Shown one piece after another: positions 8,848 through 18,393 of a stretch of DNA of 64,000 nucleotides (position 1 is its first letter; each line of letters opens with the position of its first letter). Source of the DNA: Lysobacterales bacterium (GTDB taxonomy: Bacteria > Pseudomonadota > Gammaproteobacteria > Xanthomonadales > SZUA-36); NCBI GenBank assembly GCA_028289465.1, contig JANQPM010000087.1, forward strand, positions 2,520 to 66,519, read 5' to 3'. Made by a program: the position numbers and the translations under genes. Below the pieces are notes generated by a model. It saw only the letters and a program-made list of their open reading frames with translations. It made no database searches and had not been told where the DNA came from.

Positions 8848-8877
8848 ACGGGCGGTGCGCTGATGCGCCCGCCCGTT
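8848..8877 (-). terminator. rho-independent terminator of bfr
   Basis: On the minus strand the hairpin ACGGGCGGGCGC-ATCA-GCGCACCGCCCGT is followed by TTTTT. It lies 38 nt after the bfr stop. Confidence 0.7.
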
Positions 8878-8914
8878 CTAGAACTTCGCAATCCGCGTCA
8901 GTCCATCTTTGGCG

Positions 8915-9382
8915 TCAGCCCATCTTTGATTGCAGATAGTTCTCCATCCCGATTTTCGCGATCAGGCCCAACTGCGTTTCCAGCCAATCCACGTGCTCTT
9001 CTTCTGAATCCAGTATCGACTGGAGCAGATCCCGGCTGACATAGTCGGCCGCCCCTTCGCAGTACTGAATCGCCTCTCGCAGCAGCGGAATCGCGACCAT
9101 TTCCAGTTTCAGGTCGCACTCGAGCATTTCCTGGCAGTTTTCGCCAATCATCAGCTTGCCGAGGTCCTGCAAGTTGGGCAGCCCTTCCAAAAACAGAATC
9201 CGCTCCACCAATTCATCGGCGTGCTTCATTTCATCGATAGACTCGTGGTACTCGTGTTCCGCCAGTTCCTTCAGGCCCCAGTCCTTATACATGCGCGAGT
9301 GCAGAAAGTACTGATTGATGGCTGTCAGTTCGTTATACAGCACCTTGTTCAAATACTCGATGACCTTGGCATCGCCTTTCAT
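8915..9382 (-). CDS. bfr: bacterioferritin
   Basis: [37 protein letters not shown]...[12 protein letters not shown] is a classic Bfr sequence with heme-ligand Met and ferroxidase Glu/His residues. The start was moved to the MKGD ATG. Confidence 0.92.
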   Translation of the reverse strand: MKGDAKVIEYLNKVLYNELTAINQYFLHSRMYKDWGLKELAEHEYHESIDEMKHADELVERILFLEGLPNLQDLGKLMIGENCQEMLECDLKLEMVAIPLLREAIQYCEGAADYVSRDLLQSILDSEEEHVDWLETQLGLIAKIGMENYLQSKMG

Positions 9383-9459
9383 GAATACGCTCTCCATATA
9401 TCGCGGTTTAATTTATTGTGCATAGCTTACTGAAGTCTGTATCGGAATGTTTGAACGCG

Positions 9460-9475
9460 AATTATTCTAATTTGC
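9460..9475. promoter_or_regulatory. Fur-box-like motif upstream of bfr
   Basis: AATTATTCTAATTTGC (reverse complement GCAAATTAGAATAATT) lies 78-93 nt upstream of the bfr start. It shares GCAAATKAGAATRATT with the site at 9893. Confidence 0.35.
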
Positions 9476-9505
9476 AAATACCGTATGCATGGCCGTCGCA
9501 GGTTC

Positions 9506-9531
9506 AAAAAAAACCGGAACCAGGCTCCGGG
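9506..9531 (-). terminator. rho-independent terminator of bfd
   Basis: On the minus strand the hairpin CCGGA-GCCTGGT-TCCGG is followed by T8. Confidence 0.55.
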
Positions 9532-9650
9532 TCTCTCAATCGTTTCAATGGTCAACCGGCCCGTAGCTCAATTTGACCCACGTTAACGACCAAATCGTTT
9601 TAAGGAAGCGGCACCGGCACTACAGGCGGAGAACTCCAGCTCAGCAAAAT

Positions 9651-9878
9651 TTACGCAGCGCTGCCAACAACCTGCAACGGTAGCGGATAGCTGTCCCGGG
9701 AGATTTTCCGTGGCTCGGAATGGTGGTCTTTAAGGATGGTATTGGCCATGTCCGCGCAGCGACCGCAAGAACTCGAGCAGCCGGTTGCCATGCGCAATTC
9801 ACGCATCGTTCTGACGCCTCGATCCGCGGCCAGCTTGATTTGACGCTCCGTAACGGCATTGCAGACACAAATGTACAT
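9651..9878 (-). CDS. bfd: bacterioferritin-associated ferredoxin
   Basis: MYICVCNAVTERQI...GCSSSCGRC is the BFD-like [2Fe-2S] Cys pattern. Start taken at the ATG at 9878; the track start is a TTG at 9896. Confidence 0.85.
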   Translation of the reverse strand: MYICVCNAVTERQIKLAADRGVRTMRELRMATGCSSSCGRCADMANTILKDHHSEPRKISRDSYPLPLQVVGSAA

Positions 9879-9892
9879 GCCGATATTTAAAT

Positions 9893-9911
9893 GCAAATGA
9901 GAATGATTGTC
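9893..9911. promoter_or_regulatory. candidate Fur box immediately upstream of bfd
   Basis: GCAAATGAGAATGATTGTC matches 13 of 19 positions of GATAATGATAATCATTATC by manual alignment. It lies 15-33 nt upstream of the bfd ATG. Confidence 0.5.
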
Positions 9912-9938
9912 AATTGCTTTTAATCGTTCGAAGCGCTT

Positions 9939-10529
9939 TCAGGCGTGGAGGAAACTGGCCACGCCGTTCAGAAACATCTGTACCGCGATCGCGACCAGGA
10001 GCATGCCCATCAGCCGTTCTAGTGCAATCAGACCGCGCTTGCCCAGAAATTTCTCCAGCGGTGTTGCAATCAACAAAATGGCGCCGGTCACCAGCCAGGC
10101 CGCCAGGGTTGCAATCGTCAGATTCAGGTAGGCGCCTTGCTGGTCACTGGCCAGAATCAGCAGCGTCGCAATCGCCGACGGGCCCGCTATCATCGGTATT
10201 GCCAGCGGCACCAGCAGCGGCTCACCGTCGATATCCTCTTCGACCTGGGCCGAGCGCGGGACCGGAAAAACCATTTTCATCGCGATAATGAAAAGGATAA
10301 TCCCGCCAGCCACCTGTATCGACTCCTGGCTGAGTTGCAGCGCCCGCAGGATGTACTGGCCGAAGTACAAGAACAACAGCAAAATCAGCAGTGCGAGAAA
10401 CAACTCGCGAATGATGACCTTTAGGCGCCGGGCCGGGCTGACGTTCTGCAGTACCGACAAAAATATCGGAATGTTCCCGAGCGGGTCCATGGTCAGAAAC
10501 AGCAGCGTTGCGGCGGACAGGATATCCAT
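9939..10529 (-). CDS. MarC family (UPF0056) inner-membrane protein
   Basis: N-terminus LLFLTMDPLGNIPIFLSVL and a multi-TM profile typical of MarC/NAAT family proteins. Confidence 0.85.
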   Translation of the reverse strand: MDILSAATLLFLTMDPLGNIPIFLSVLQNVSPARRLKVIIRELFLALLILLLFLYFGQYILRALQLSQESIQVAGGIILFIIAMKMVFPVPRSAQVEEDIDGEPLLVPLAIPMIAGPSAIATLLILASDQQGAYLNLTIATLAAWLVTGAILLIATPLEKFLGKRGLIALERLMGMLLVAIAVQMFLNGVASFLHA

Positions 10530-10538
10530 CGCGTGGCT

Positions 10539-11033
10539 TCAGTCGGCCGGCATGCCGACAGCCGGCTTTACCAGCGGTTCGAAGTGCGCCAGTGCCTGTT
10601 TGTAAACCCTGCGCTTGAATTTGATCACATTTTTCGACGGGTACCAGTAGTCAACCCAGCGCCAGCAATCGAACTCGGGCTCGTCGCCGCAGTTCAGCCG
10701 GAACTGGTTTTCCTGGCCGAGGAACCTGAGTAAAAACCAGACCTGTTTCTGGCCGATGCAGACCGGTTTGGTATCGTGCCGGCGATACCGCGCCGGCAGC
10801 CGGTAACGCAGCCAGCCCGGTGTCGAACCGATAACCTCGACATGCTGCGGCAGCAGACCGGTTTCTTCGCGCAGCTCGCGGTACATGGCTTCCAGCGGCG
10901 TCTCATCGCTGCGCATGCCGCCCTGCGGAAACTGCCAACCGTCGTTGTGCACCCGCTTGGCCCAGAACACCCGCCCGTCATCGCGGTAGATCACGATCGC
11001 AACATTCGGCCGGTATCCGTCGGGGTCAATCAT
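10539..11033 (-). CDS. rppH: RNA pyrophosphohydrolase (Nudix)
   Basis: [15 protein letters not shown]...[28 protein letters not shown] contains the Nudix box and is colinear with RppH/NudH. Confidence 0.9.
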   Translation of the reverse strand: MIDPDGYRPNVAIVIYRDDGRVFWAKRVHNDGWQFPQGGMRSDETPLEAMYRELREETGLLPQHVEVIGSTPGWLRYRLPARYRRHDTKPVCIGQKQVWFLLRFLGQENQFRLNCGDEPEFDCWRWVDYWYPSKNVIKFKRRVYKQALAHFEPLVKPAVGMPAD

Positions 11034-11061
11034 TCAACGTGCTCAAACTGGTTGTGGTGAT

Positions 11062-12105
11062 GTGCTTATGCTAATGTCGACGCCATTCGACAGCCGGCAT
11101 ATTAATCAATTCCCACAGGCGATGCCAAACATTCGACCCGCGCATGCGCTGATCTACCTGATCGCATTTTCACTGTTCAGTTTCGCCATGGCACTGGCGG
11201 TCGGCTCGGTTAAGATTCCATGGGGCGACATTTTGCCCGCGTTGTTCAATCCCGAAGGCTCGGCTACCGGCGAACTGGTACTCAAGCTGCGCCTGCCTCG
11301 AGCGCTGGCCGCGTGGCTGACCGGCGCGATGCTGGCACTGGCCGGTTGCCTGATGCAGGTGCTGCTGCGCAACCCGCTGGCCGATCCTTATGTGCTCGGC
11401 GTTTCGGGCGGCGCCGCGTTTGCCGCGCTGCTGGCTATCAGCCTCGGGCTGGCAGCGGCCTGGATGCCGGCAGCGGCTTTCGCCGGCGCATTGCTGTCGA
11501 TGATCACGGTATTTGCGTTAGCGCGCGGCAGCGGCCCCTGGAGCACCGCACGGCTGCTGCTGACCGGTGTGGTAATGGCAGCCGGCTGGGGGGCACTGAT
11601 CAGCCTGGTCCTGGCCTTGAGCCCGGATAATTCCCTGCGCGGCATGCTGTTCTGGCTGATGGGGGATTTGTCGCTGGCCAGGCTTTCGGTGTGGATACCG
11701 CTGGCATTCGCCGTCCTGCTCGCCTGGTCGCTGCTCAGAGCGCGCAGCCTGAACGTACTAGCACTGGGTGAGACCAGTGCCCGCCTGCTCGGCGAGAACA
11801 TCCAGGGGCTGCAATGGCAAATCTACCTGGTGGGTTCATTGCTGACTGCAACCGCCGTTTCGCTGGCCGGCAGCGTTGGCTTTATCGGGCTGATCATTCC
11901 GCATCTGATGCGCCTCGCGGTCGGCGCCGACCACCGTATTTTACTGCCGGCCGCCGTATTGTTCGGCGGCAGTTTTTTACTACTTGCAGATACGCTGGCC
12001 AGAACGCTGCTGGCGCCCCAGCAACTACCGGTAGGGGTGGTGACGGCACTGACCGGCGTACCGATGTTTCTGCTGTTGTTGCGCCGCGCACGGTTCGTTC
12101 GATGA
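11062..12105 (+). CDS. FecCD-family ABC transporter permease (BtuC-like, cobalamin/iron-chelate)
   Basis: Multi-TM protein with motifs LRLPRALAAWLTGAMLALAG and GSVGFIGLIIPHLMR. The start is uncertain (GTG 11062, ATG 11068 or ATG 11125). Confidence 0.8.
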   Translation: MLMLMSTPFDSRHINQFPQAMPNIRPAHALIYLIAFSLFSFAMALAVGSVKIPWGDILPALFNPEGSATGELVLKLRLPRALAAWLTGAMLALAGCLMQVLLRNPLADPYVLGVSGGAAFAALLAISLGLAAAWMPAAAFAGALLSMITVFALARGSGPWSTARLLLTGVVMAAGWGALISLVLALSPDNSLRGMLFWLMGDLSLARLSVWIPLAFAVLLAWSLLRARSLNVLALGETSARLLGENIQGLQWQIYLVGSLLTATAVSLAGSVGFIGLIIPHLMRLAVGADHRILLPAAVLFGGSFLLLADTLARTLLAPQQLPVGVVTALTGVPMFLLLLRRARFVR

Positions 12106-12884
12106 AGTTTCGCTGCGAACATCTCGAGGTCCGCATCGGCGATGTCCTGGTCGCCGAAGACCTGAACCTGCAACTGCGACCGGGGCAATTCTGGGGGCTG
12201 CTCGGCCGCAACGGTGCCGGTAAAACCACGCTGTTGCTCAGTCTGGCCGGACTCAGGCCGCCAAACCACGGACGGCTTATTTTCAACGAAAAACCCTTAC
12301 CGCAGTGGCCACGCCGCAAGCTGGCGTGCCACCTGAGTATGCTGCAACAGCACACGGCCTATTTGTTCGACGCGACGGTGCAGCAGACCGCGCTGATCGG
12401 ACGCCACCCCTATATCGGGCCGTGGCAGCGGGAAGGGGCCCGGGACCGGCAGATTACCGCCGATGCGCTCGAACGGCTGGGCCTGGCAAGCCTGGCCACG
12501 CGCAGCGTAACCACGCTTTCCGGCGGCGAGGCCCGGCGGCTGGCCCTGGCCACGCTGCTGGTGCAAGATGCCGAACTCATGCTGCTGGACGAACCCACCA
12601 ACCACCTCGATCTCAGCCATCAGGTGCAAATCATGCAGTTAATCCGCAGACTGATTACTGATGGCGGAAAATCCGCTTTCGCCGCGCTGCACGATATCAA
12701 CCTGGCCGCGCGCTATTGCAGCCATATCCTGATGCTGCTCGGTAACGGGCAGTGGCTGGCCGGTACGGCCGAGGAAGTCATCGACGAAGCCAACCTGTCG
12801 CGCCTCTACGCGCACGAAATCCGGCGCGTCAGGCACCCGGATTCCGGTGACTACTGGGTTGCTTCGGATTCGGCCGCTTCCTGA
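12102..12884 (+). CDS. ABC transporter ATP-binding protein (BtuD/FecE-like)
   Basis: Walker A GRNGAGKTT, signature LSGGE and Walker B LMLLDEP. The ATG at 12102 overlaps the permease stop (ATGA). The track ORF start at 11814 is an in-frame shadow. Confidence 0.8.
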   Translation: MKFRCEHLEVRIGDVLVAEDLNLQLRPGQFWGLLGRNGAGKTTLLLSLAGLRPPNHGRLIFNEKPLPQWPRRKLACHLSMLQQHTAYLFDATVQQTALIGRHPYIGPWQREGARDRQITADALERLGLASLATRSVTTLSGGEARRLALATLLVQDAELMLLDEPTNHLDLSHQVQIMQLIRRLITDGGKSAFAALHDINLAARYCSHILMLLGNGQWLAGTAEEVIDEANLSRLYAHEIRRVRHPDSGDYWVASDSAAS

Positions 12885-14152
12885 TCCGTGCGCCGCTGAT
12901 ACAGCTTGCCCAGCGACCAGGCCACCCAGCCCCAGGCCACCACGATGGGCACGAAGATCCAGGCCATGGCCTGCAGGGACAGGCCGAGGACCGTCAGGCC
13001 CTTGAAAACCCAGACCGCGGTGACGTCGCTGCCGCGGTAGACGAAGGTGTCGATAAAGTTCTTGGACTTGTACTTGCTGGAGCGCGGCACCACAGTAAAC
13101 AGCATTTCCTTGATCGGCCAGACCATGCCGTAGTTGAACGAACGCTGTGCAACCTGTACTGCGGCAAACAGCGCCAGTGTCAGCATACTGCCGATCAGGC
13201 TCAGGCCGGCCGCCAGTACGATCGGCACGATTAACGCGGTTTTCGCGATTCCGAACCGGGTGACCAGGCGCGAGGTGATAAAGAACTGCAGAATAAAAGT
13301 GCCGACCTGGGTCCACATGTTCAAGTTCGCGAAAAACGCATTACGCCGATCGAAATCGGGTATGGAATCGCCGACCAGAGTCGCCATCCCGTTGTAGAGG
13401 AAGGTCGCAACAAAATTGTGGAACAGCATCAAAAAGCAGATCAGAAACAGGTATTTCGAGTTCAGCACTTCGGTGATGCCGTCAAACAGACCGCCACCGA
13501 TTTCTTCTTCGCCGGTACGCTGAATATTCGGATTGGAAAAACGCCCCATGATCACCGCCGCCAGCGTTGCACCGAGCAGCAGCAGCGCCGCCAGTATCAT
13601 CAGATTTCTGGAACCGATCTGTTCGGCATAATGTTTGGTCAGCAGCGATCCGGCCAGCGCGCCGACACTGCCGCCGGCGATGATTACGCCGAACAGCCGC
13701 CGGCCCTGGCCGGGCCGAAAGACATCCACCATGAAGCTCCAGAATATCGACACGACAAACAAGTTGAAAACGCTGGCCCAGATGAAATAGGTCCGCTGTA
13801 ACCAGACCGCCGTTTGCTCACCGGCGAAATTGGCAATAAAAAATACCAGGTTCAGGAAAAAAAACAGATAGATGACCGGAATAAACGTCTTGCGCTTATA
13901 ACGCGAAACCAGAAAGCCGAACAACGGCACCATGACCAGCATGGTCAGGAAAGTGCCGGTATACAGGTATGACAGCACTTCATGGTTGCCGGCGCCCATG
14001 GATTCCCGAATCGGCCGCAGCAAATACCAGCAAAACAGCAGAATAAAGATATAGCAGAATGCGGTGACTACCCGCGCGCCCTCGCCAGGCTCGATTTTCA
14101 GCAGGCGCTGCAGCGCATTTTCCTGAGTTTTGTCCAGTACCAGATCAGACAC
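12851..14152 (-). CDS. TLC/Npt-like (ATP:ADP antiporter family-like) MFS-type transporter
   Basis: 433 aa with about 12 TM segments. The N-terminal pattern ...FCYIFILLFCWYLLRPIRESMG...LSYLYTGTFL...SRYKRKTFI resembles the Y.LKP.RD / LPYLY signature of the PF03219-like family. GTG start. This is family-level recognition only. Confidence 0.6.
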   Translation of the reverse strand: MSDLVLDKTQENALQRLLKIEPGEGARVVTAFCYIFILLFCWYLLRPIRESMGAGNHEVLSYLYTGTFLTMLVMVPLFGFLVSRYKRKTFIPVIYLFFFLNLVFFIANFAGEQTAVWLQRTYFIWASVFNLFVVSIFWSFMVDVFRPGQGRRLFGVIIAGGSVGALAGSLLTKHYAEQIGSRNLMILAALLLLGATLAAVIMGRFSNPNIQRTGEEEIGGGLFDGITEVLNSKYLFLICFLMLFHNFVATFLYNGMATLVGDSIPDFDRRNAFFANLNMWTQVGTFILQFFITSRLVTRFGIAKTALIVPIVLAAGLSLIGSMLTLALFAAVQVAQRSFNYGMVWPIKEMLFTVVPRSSKYKSKNFIDTFVYRGSDVTAVWVFKGLTVLGLSLQAMAWIFVPIVVAWGWVAWSLGKLYQRRTDQEAAESEATQ

Positions 14153-14230
14153 GCAGACGGCCTCGGTTTTGGGCTGCCGCGAAGCGTACCATATGCCGGG
14201 TCTTTGCTGGCAGTCCGCCGGCGCGGCCGG

Positions 14231-15286
14231 CTAGCCGCCCATGACCGAGACCGGCTGGCCGGGCTGCAGCCGCTCGTTGCCGCGGACAACCACCTGGTCG
14301 CCGGCGTTGATCTCGCCTTGTATTTCGATCAGCTCACCGCTGCCGATGCCGGTGGTGACTTCGACCCGCCTGGCCGTATTGTCGCCATTGATCACGAATA
14401 CCGCCGTGCTGCCGGAGCGCAGAACCAGCGCATCGCGCGGCACCGCAACGACTTCGCGCCGGTCGGACATCGGGATGGCGACTCTGACCGTCTGGCCGAC
14501 CGGAAAACTGTCCGCGTCGATATCCAGCCGCAGTTCGAATACGTGCGTGTCTTCGTCTCCGACCGCAACAACAGTGCGGACAGCGCTCGCCTCAATCCGC
14601 TCCCCCATTCGAATCTCAATAGTATCGCCGATACTGACATAGGGCATGTACTCCAACGGTGCGCGGGCGATGATTTCCAGGCTGCCGGGGTTCAGCACTC
14701 GAACGATTTCGGTGCCGACGCCAACCAGTTCGGCCGCTTCGCGCAGGCGTTCGACGATCACGCCATCGAACGGCGCCTTGACGACGAATTTTCGAATCTG
14801 GTCGTTGACCTGCTCCAGCCGGGCCCTATTGACCGCCAGTTCGCTGCGCGCGACATCGCGATCGGACCGGACCTGATCGATCTGGGTAGCCGCCGCCAGA
14901 TTGGCCTTTTCGAGCTGGGTCAGCCGATTTTCTTCCGATTCCAGATACTGCAGGCGCGCTCTTGCACGCTGCACTTCCGCTTCCAGTTCGGTCTTCTGCA
15001 AACGCAGATTACTGTCTTCGATCACCGCCATGGTATCGCCTGCCTTCACCGGCGTGCCGACATCTTCCACGCTTAGCAGCCGCCCCCCGACTTCGGCTGA
15101 AATCCGCGCATTGGAGCGGCTGACTACAGTACCGGGTACCAGGGTCATCGGCGCCATCTGTTCCAGGGTTGCATTCGCAACCTTGACCTGTGCGGGCGGC
15201 GGTCCCTGCTGTGCCTGCAATGCATCCGCCAGCAGCAGTCCCGTGGCAGCTATTCCGATTGCACAACTAAACAACAAACGATTCAT
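14231..15286 (-). CDS. efflux RND transporter periplasmic adaptor (MFP)
   Basis: Signal peptide, coiled-coil hairpin region and beta-barrel motifs (VKAPFDGVIVER). The ATG overlaps the RND stop (ATGA). Confidence 0.85.
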   Translation of the reverse strand: MNRLLFSCAIGIAATGLLLADALQAQQGPPPAQVKVANATLEQMAPMTLVPGTVVSRSNARISAEVGGRLLSVEDVGTPVKAGDTMAVIEDSNLRLQKTELEAEVQRARARLQYLESEENRLTQLEKANLAAATQIDQVRSDRDVARSELAVNRARLEQVNDQIRKFVVKAPFDGVIVERLREAAELVGVGTEIVRVLNPGSLEIIARAPLEYMPYVSIGDTIEIRMGERIEASAVRTVVAVGDEDTHVFELRLDIDADSFPVGQTVRVAIPMSDRREVVAVPRDALVLRSGSTAVFVINGDNTARRVEVTTGIGSGELIEIQGEINAGDQVVVRGNERLQPGQPVSVMGG

Positions 15287-18200
15287 ACGGTTTGGGCCTT
15301 TTTGAAAAACGGTATTTTCTGTATCCAGGAGGCGCTGGCCTCGCCGGCCTCCTCATTAATTCTCAGCAAGCTCGGCAACAGCAACAGCGTAAACAAGGTG
15401 CTGGTTAGCATACCGCCGACGATCACAGCCGCCAAGCCGCGGTACAGCTCGGTGCCGGAACCCGGAATCAGCATCAACGGCAGCATACCGAAAATGCTGG
15501 TCATGGTGCTCATCAGGATCGGGCGCAGACGCAATCTGACCGCGCTTTCGACCGCGTCCCGGCGCGACTTGCCCTCGCGCTCGGCGTCGCGGGCCCGGTA
15601 GACCAGCAGAATGGCATTATTCACCACCAGACCAAGCAGAATCACGAAACCGATCATGGTCAGCAGATCCATCGCCTGCCCGCCCGAAGAGATCAGCAGC
15701 AGATCCATAATGCGCAGTGACGCGATGCCGCCGACGGTGGCCATCGGAATCGTCAGAATAACCAGCAGACTGTCCTTGAAAGACCGGAACAGCGCTGAAA
15801 TCAACAAATACAGGATAACGATGGCCAGCAGAAAACTGCCGGACAGGCTTTTCAGCGCATCGTTCAGCGCTTCGGCCGTACCGCGGTAGGTAATCGACGC
15901 GCCGTCTGGCAACTGGCTCCTGATGGTTGGCGCAACCTGCTCATCAATCGTCGCGATCGCGGCTTCCAGCGGCATTCCGGGCGGCGGCGTCACTTGCAAA
16001 GTCAATGTGCGCCGCCGGTCAATGCGCCGTATCTGGGTCGGCCCGGCAGTACGCACCAGCGATGCCAGTTCGCCGATCGTCTGTATTTCGCCGCTGGCAG
16101 TGGCCACCGGAATCGCAGCCAGTTCTTCGGGCGAATACCATTGTTCGGCGCGCAAAATGACGTTCAGACGCCGGTTGCCATCGAAATATTCGCCGAGGAA
16201 CGCGCCGTCGCCTAACGCACGGACCACCGTCGCCATGCGCGCGCGGTTCCAGCCGACCTCGGCAATACGGCGGTCATCGGGGACCAGTCGCAGCTCCGGT
16301 TCGGCCAGTTCCAGACCGGGCAGCGGCCGCACATTGGCACCCGGCAACGCCTGGCTGATCGCGCCGAAGCCGCTGCGGCCGGCGGCCAGCAACGATTCGA
16401 AATTTTCCGCCTGAAGGTCCACATCAATGCGCCGGCCGCCGCGGACGCCGCCGAAAATCGGTGCGCGGTTGGCAAAGCCGAAAGTATCCGGAAAACCCTG
16501 TATCAGCTCACTATTGATCAAGCCCAGCAGCTGATCCACCTCGCCGTCATTGACCGCCCGGGCACCGAAAAACGCACCAAAACCATTGAATACGCCGAGG
16601 AAGTAGCTCTCCAGCGCCGGTTCGCGGCGACCGTCCAGAAACGGCACCATGCGCTGGTCGATCACGCTGGTCAGCTCACGCTCCGCGGTGTCGATACCCA
16701 GACCCGGCGGCGTGACCAGGAAACCGAACAGGAAATTCTGCCGGCCTTCCGGCAGGTAATCCGCCGACGGCTTCAGCGCGATGGCCAGGCCAATGGGAAT
16801 TAGGGTCAGCACGGCGATCCAGGACCAGCGGCGGCGCGGCGAATCGGTAAGCCGCATGATCAGATTGGTCAGGCTCCGCCACCAGTGACGATGGCTGTCT
16901 TCGATCGTGCTGCTTTTAATCCAGTTGGACGCGGCGGCCGGCAACACCGTCACCGCAACGATCAACGACGCGATCACTGCGACCGAGATAGTGATCGCCA
17001 GATCGCCGAATAGCTGACCGGCCTCGTCCTTTAAGAACACCACCGGCATAAAGATCGCGACCGTGGTCGCGGTAGAGGCCAGCAACGCCCCCCAGACCTG
17101 CGAGGTCCCGCGTTCGGAAGCTTCGTCCCCTTCCCGGCCCTGCTCGCGCTGTCGGAATATATTCTCGAGCACCACGATCGCCGCATCCAGCACCATACCG
17201 GTCGCAAAGGCCAGACCGGCCAGCGAAATGATATTCAGGGTCCGGCCGACCGCATCCAGCATGACGAACGCAACGAACAAACACAGCGGAATCGCCAGCG
17301 CGACGATCAGCGTCGCACGGAATTTGCGCAGGAACCACCACAGCACGCCGACCGCCAGCAACATGCCCAGAACCAGGTTGTTACGCACCATGCGCACGGA
17401 GGCCTTGATATAAATGGTTTCATCGTAAACCTGAGTAATGGTAAGCCCGGCCGCATCAATTTCATTGCGCGCTAGATCGTCCACGGTTTCCTTCAGATCG
17501 GCCATGACCTGCAAAACGTTGACGCCGGATTCCGGTACCACATTCATTGCGATGGACGGTCCGCCATTCTGGCTCAATACGCCGTTACGATCCTGCATTG
17601 CCAGTTCCACCCGTGCGACATCCCGCAGCTTCACCGGCCTGCCGTCGCGCCATTCCAGCACCAGGTCGCCCAGACTCTGAACCTCGTATTTGCCGGAAAA
17701 ACGCAGCGTATACTGGCGCCGGCCTACCTCGGTATTGCCGGCCGACACATCAGCGTTGCTGCCGAGCTGGGCCGAGATCGCAGTCAGATCAACCCCGATG
17801 TTGGCCGCTTTGTAGGGATCGAAGGTGATCCGGACTTCGTACGGGCGGCCGCCGAAGGCCGCCGTGGAGGAAACGCCGGGAACCCGCTCAATCCGCGTGC
17901 GGATCACCTCGTTGACGAAGTCCTGGTAGGTCACGATATGCCGGTCATTGTCCGGTTTCGGCCGGATCGCAAACCACGCGATGGTGTCCCCGAACTGATT
18001 GCCGCCGACGCTGATGACCGGCTCGTTCGCATCGGTCGGGTAACGCGGCACCTGGTTCAACCGGTTCATCACCTCGATCAACGCCCGATTCATGTCCGTT
18101 TCGATGTCGAATTCCAGCGTGATGTTGCCATTGCCGTTGGAAGCCGAAGACTGCATCTGCCGCAGGCCCGGCAGGCCGCGCAGCACGTCTTCCTGCGGCT

Positions 18201-18393
18201 CGACGATTTCCGACTCCACCTCCGGCGGTGCCGACGCACGCCAGCCGGTGCTGATGGTAATAATCGGGCGCTCCACGTTCGGGGTAAGCTGAACCGGCAG
18301 CCGGTTGATGCTCAACACGCCGAAAATGGTCACCAAAATGGCCGCCACAGCGACCGCGACAGGGTTACTTAGAGACAAGCGAGTCAGCGTCAC
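15283..18393 (-). CDS. efflux RND transporter permease (AcrB/HAE family)
   Basis: 1036 aa with typical AcrB-family architecture (12 TM segments, two large periplasmic loops) and an N-terminus ...LSLSNPVAVAVAAILVTIFG. The GTG start overlaps the tetR stop (GTGA). Confidence 0.92.
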   Translation of the reverse strand: MTLTRLSLSNPVAVAVAAILVTIFGVLSINRLPVQLTPNVERPIITISTGWRASAPPEVESEIVEPQEDVLRGLPGLRQMQSSASNGNGNITLEFDIETDMNRALIEVMNRLNQVPRYPTDANEPVISVGGNQFGDTIAWFAIRPKPDNDRHIVTYQDFVNEVIRTRIERVPGVSSTAAFGGRPYEVRITFDPYKAANIGVDLTAISAQLGSNADVSAGNTEVGRRQYTLRFSGKYEVQSLGDLVLEWRDGRPVKLRDVARVELAMQDRNGVLSQNGGPSIAMNVVPESGVNVLQVMADLKETVDDLARNEIDAAGLTITQVYDETIYIKASVRMVRNNLVLGMLLAVGVLWWFLRKFRATLIVALAIPLCLFVAFVMLDAVGRTLNIISLAGLAFATGMVLDAAIVVLENIFRQREQGREGDEASERGTSQVWGALLASTATTVAIFMPVVFLKDEAGQLFGDLAITISVAVIASLIVAVTVLPAAASNWIKSSTIEDSHRHWWRSLTNLIMRLTDSPRRRWSWIAVLTLIPIGLAIALKPSADYLPEGRQNFLFGFLVTPPGLGIDTAERELTSVIDQRMVPFLDGRREPALESYFLGVFNGFGAFFGARAVNDGEVDQLLGLINSELIQGFPDTFGFANRAPIFGGVRGGRRIDVDLQAENFESLLAAGRSGFGAISQALPGANVRPLPGLELAEPELRLVPDDRRIAEVGWNRARMATVVRALGDGAFLGEYFDGNRRLNVILRAEQWYSPEELAAIPVATASGEIQTIGELASLVRTAGPTQIRRIDRRRTLTLQVTPPPGMPLEAAIATIDEQVAPTIRSQLPDGASITYRGTAEALNDALKSLSGSFLLAIVILYLLISALFRSFKDSLLVILTIPMATVGGIASLRIMDLLLISSGGQAMDLLTMIGFVILLGLVVNNAILLVYRARDAEREGKSRRDAVESAVRLRLRPILMSTMTSIFGMLPLMLIPGSGTELYRGLAAVIVGGMLTSTLFTLLLLPSLLRINEEAGEASASWIQKIPFFKKAQTV

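Noticed and set aside
11034-11124. A second B12 riboswitch upstream of the btuC-like permease.
   Set aside because: The spacer to the divergent rppH is only 28-91 nt depending on the start chosen, and it lacks the GCCACTG / GGGAA..GGTG core.
13982-15076. A 364-aa ORF antisense to the MFP gene. Similar long antisense ORFs occur at 26376-27362, 40951-42141, 49136-50194 and 58118-59368.
   Set aside because: Each lies opposite a confidently identified gene, is Arg/Ala/Gly/Pro-biased and has no recognisable motifs. These are classic shadow ORFs in high-GC genomes.
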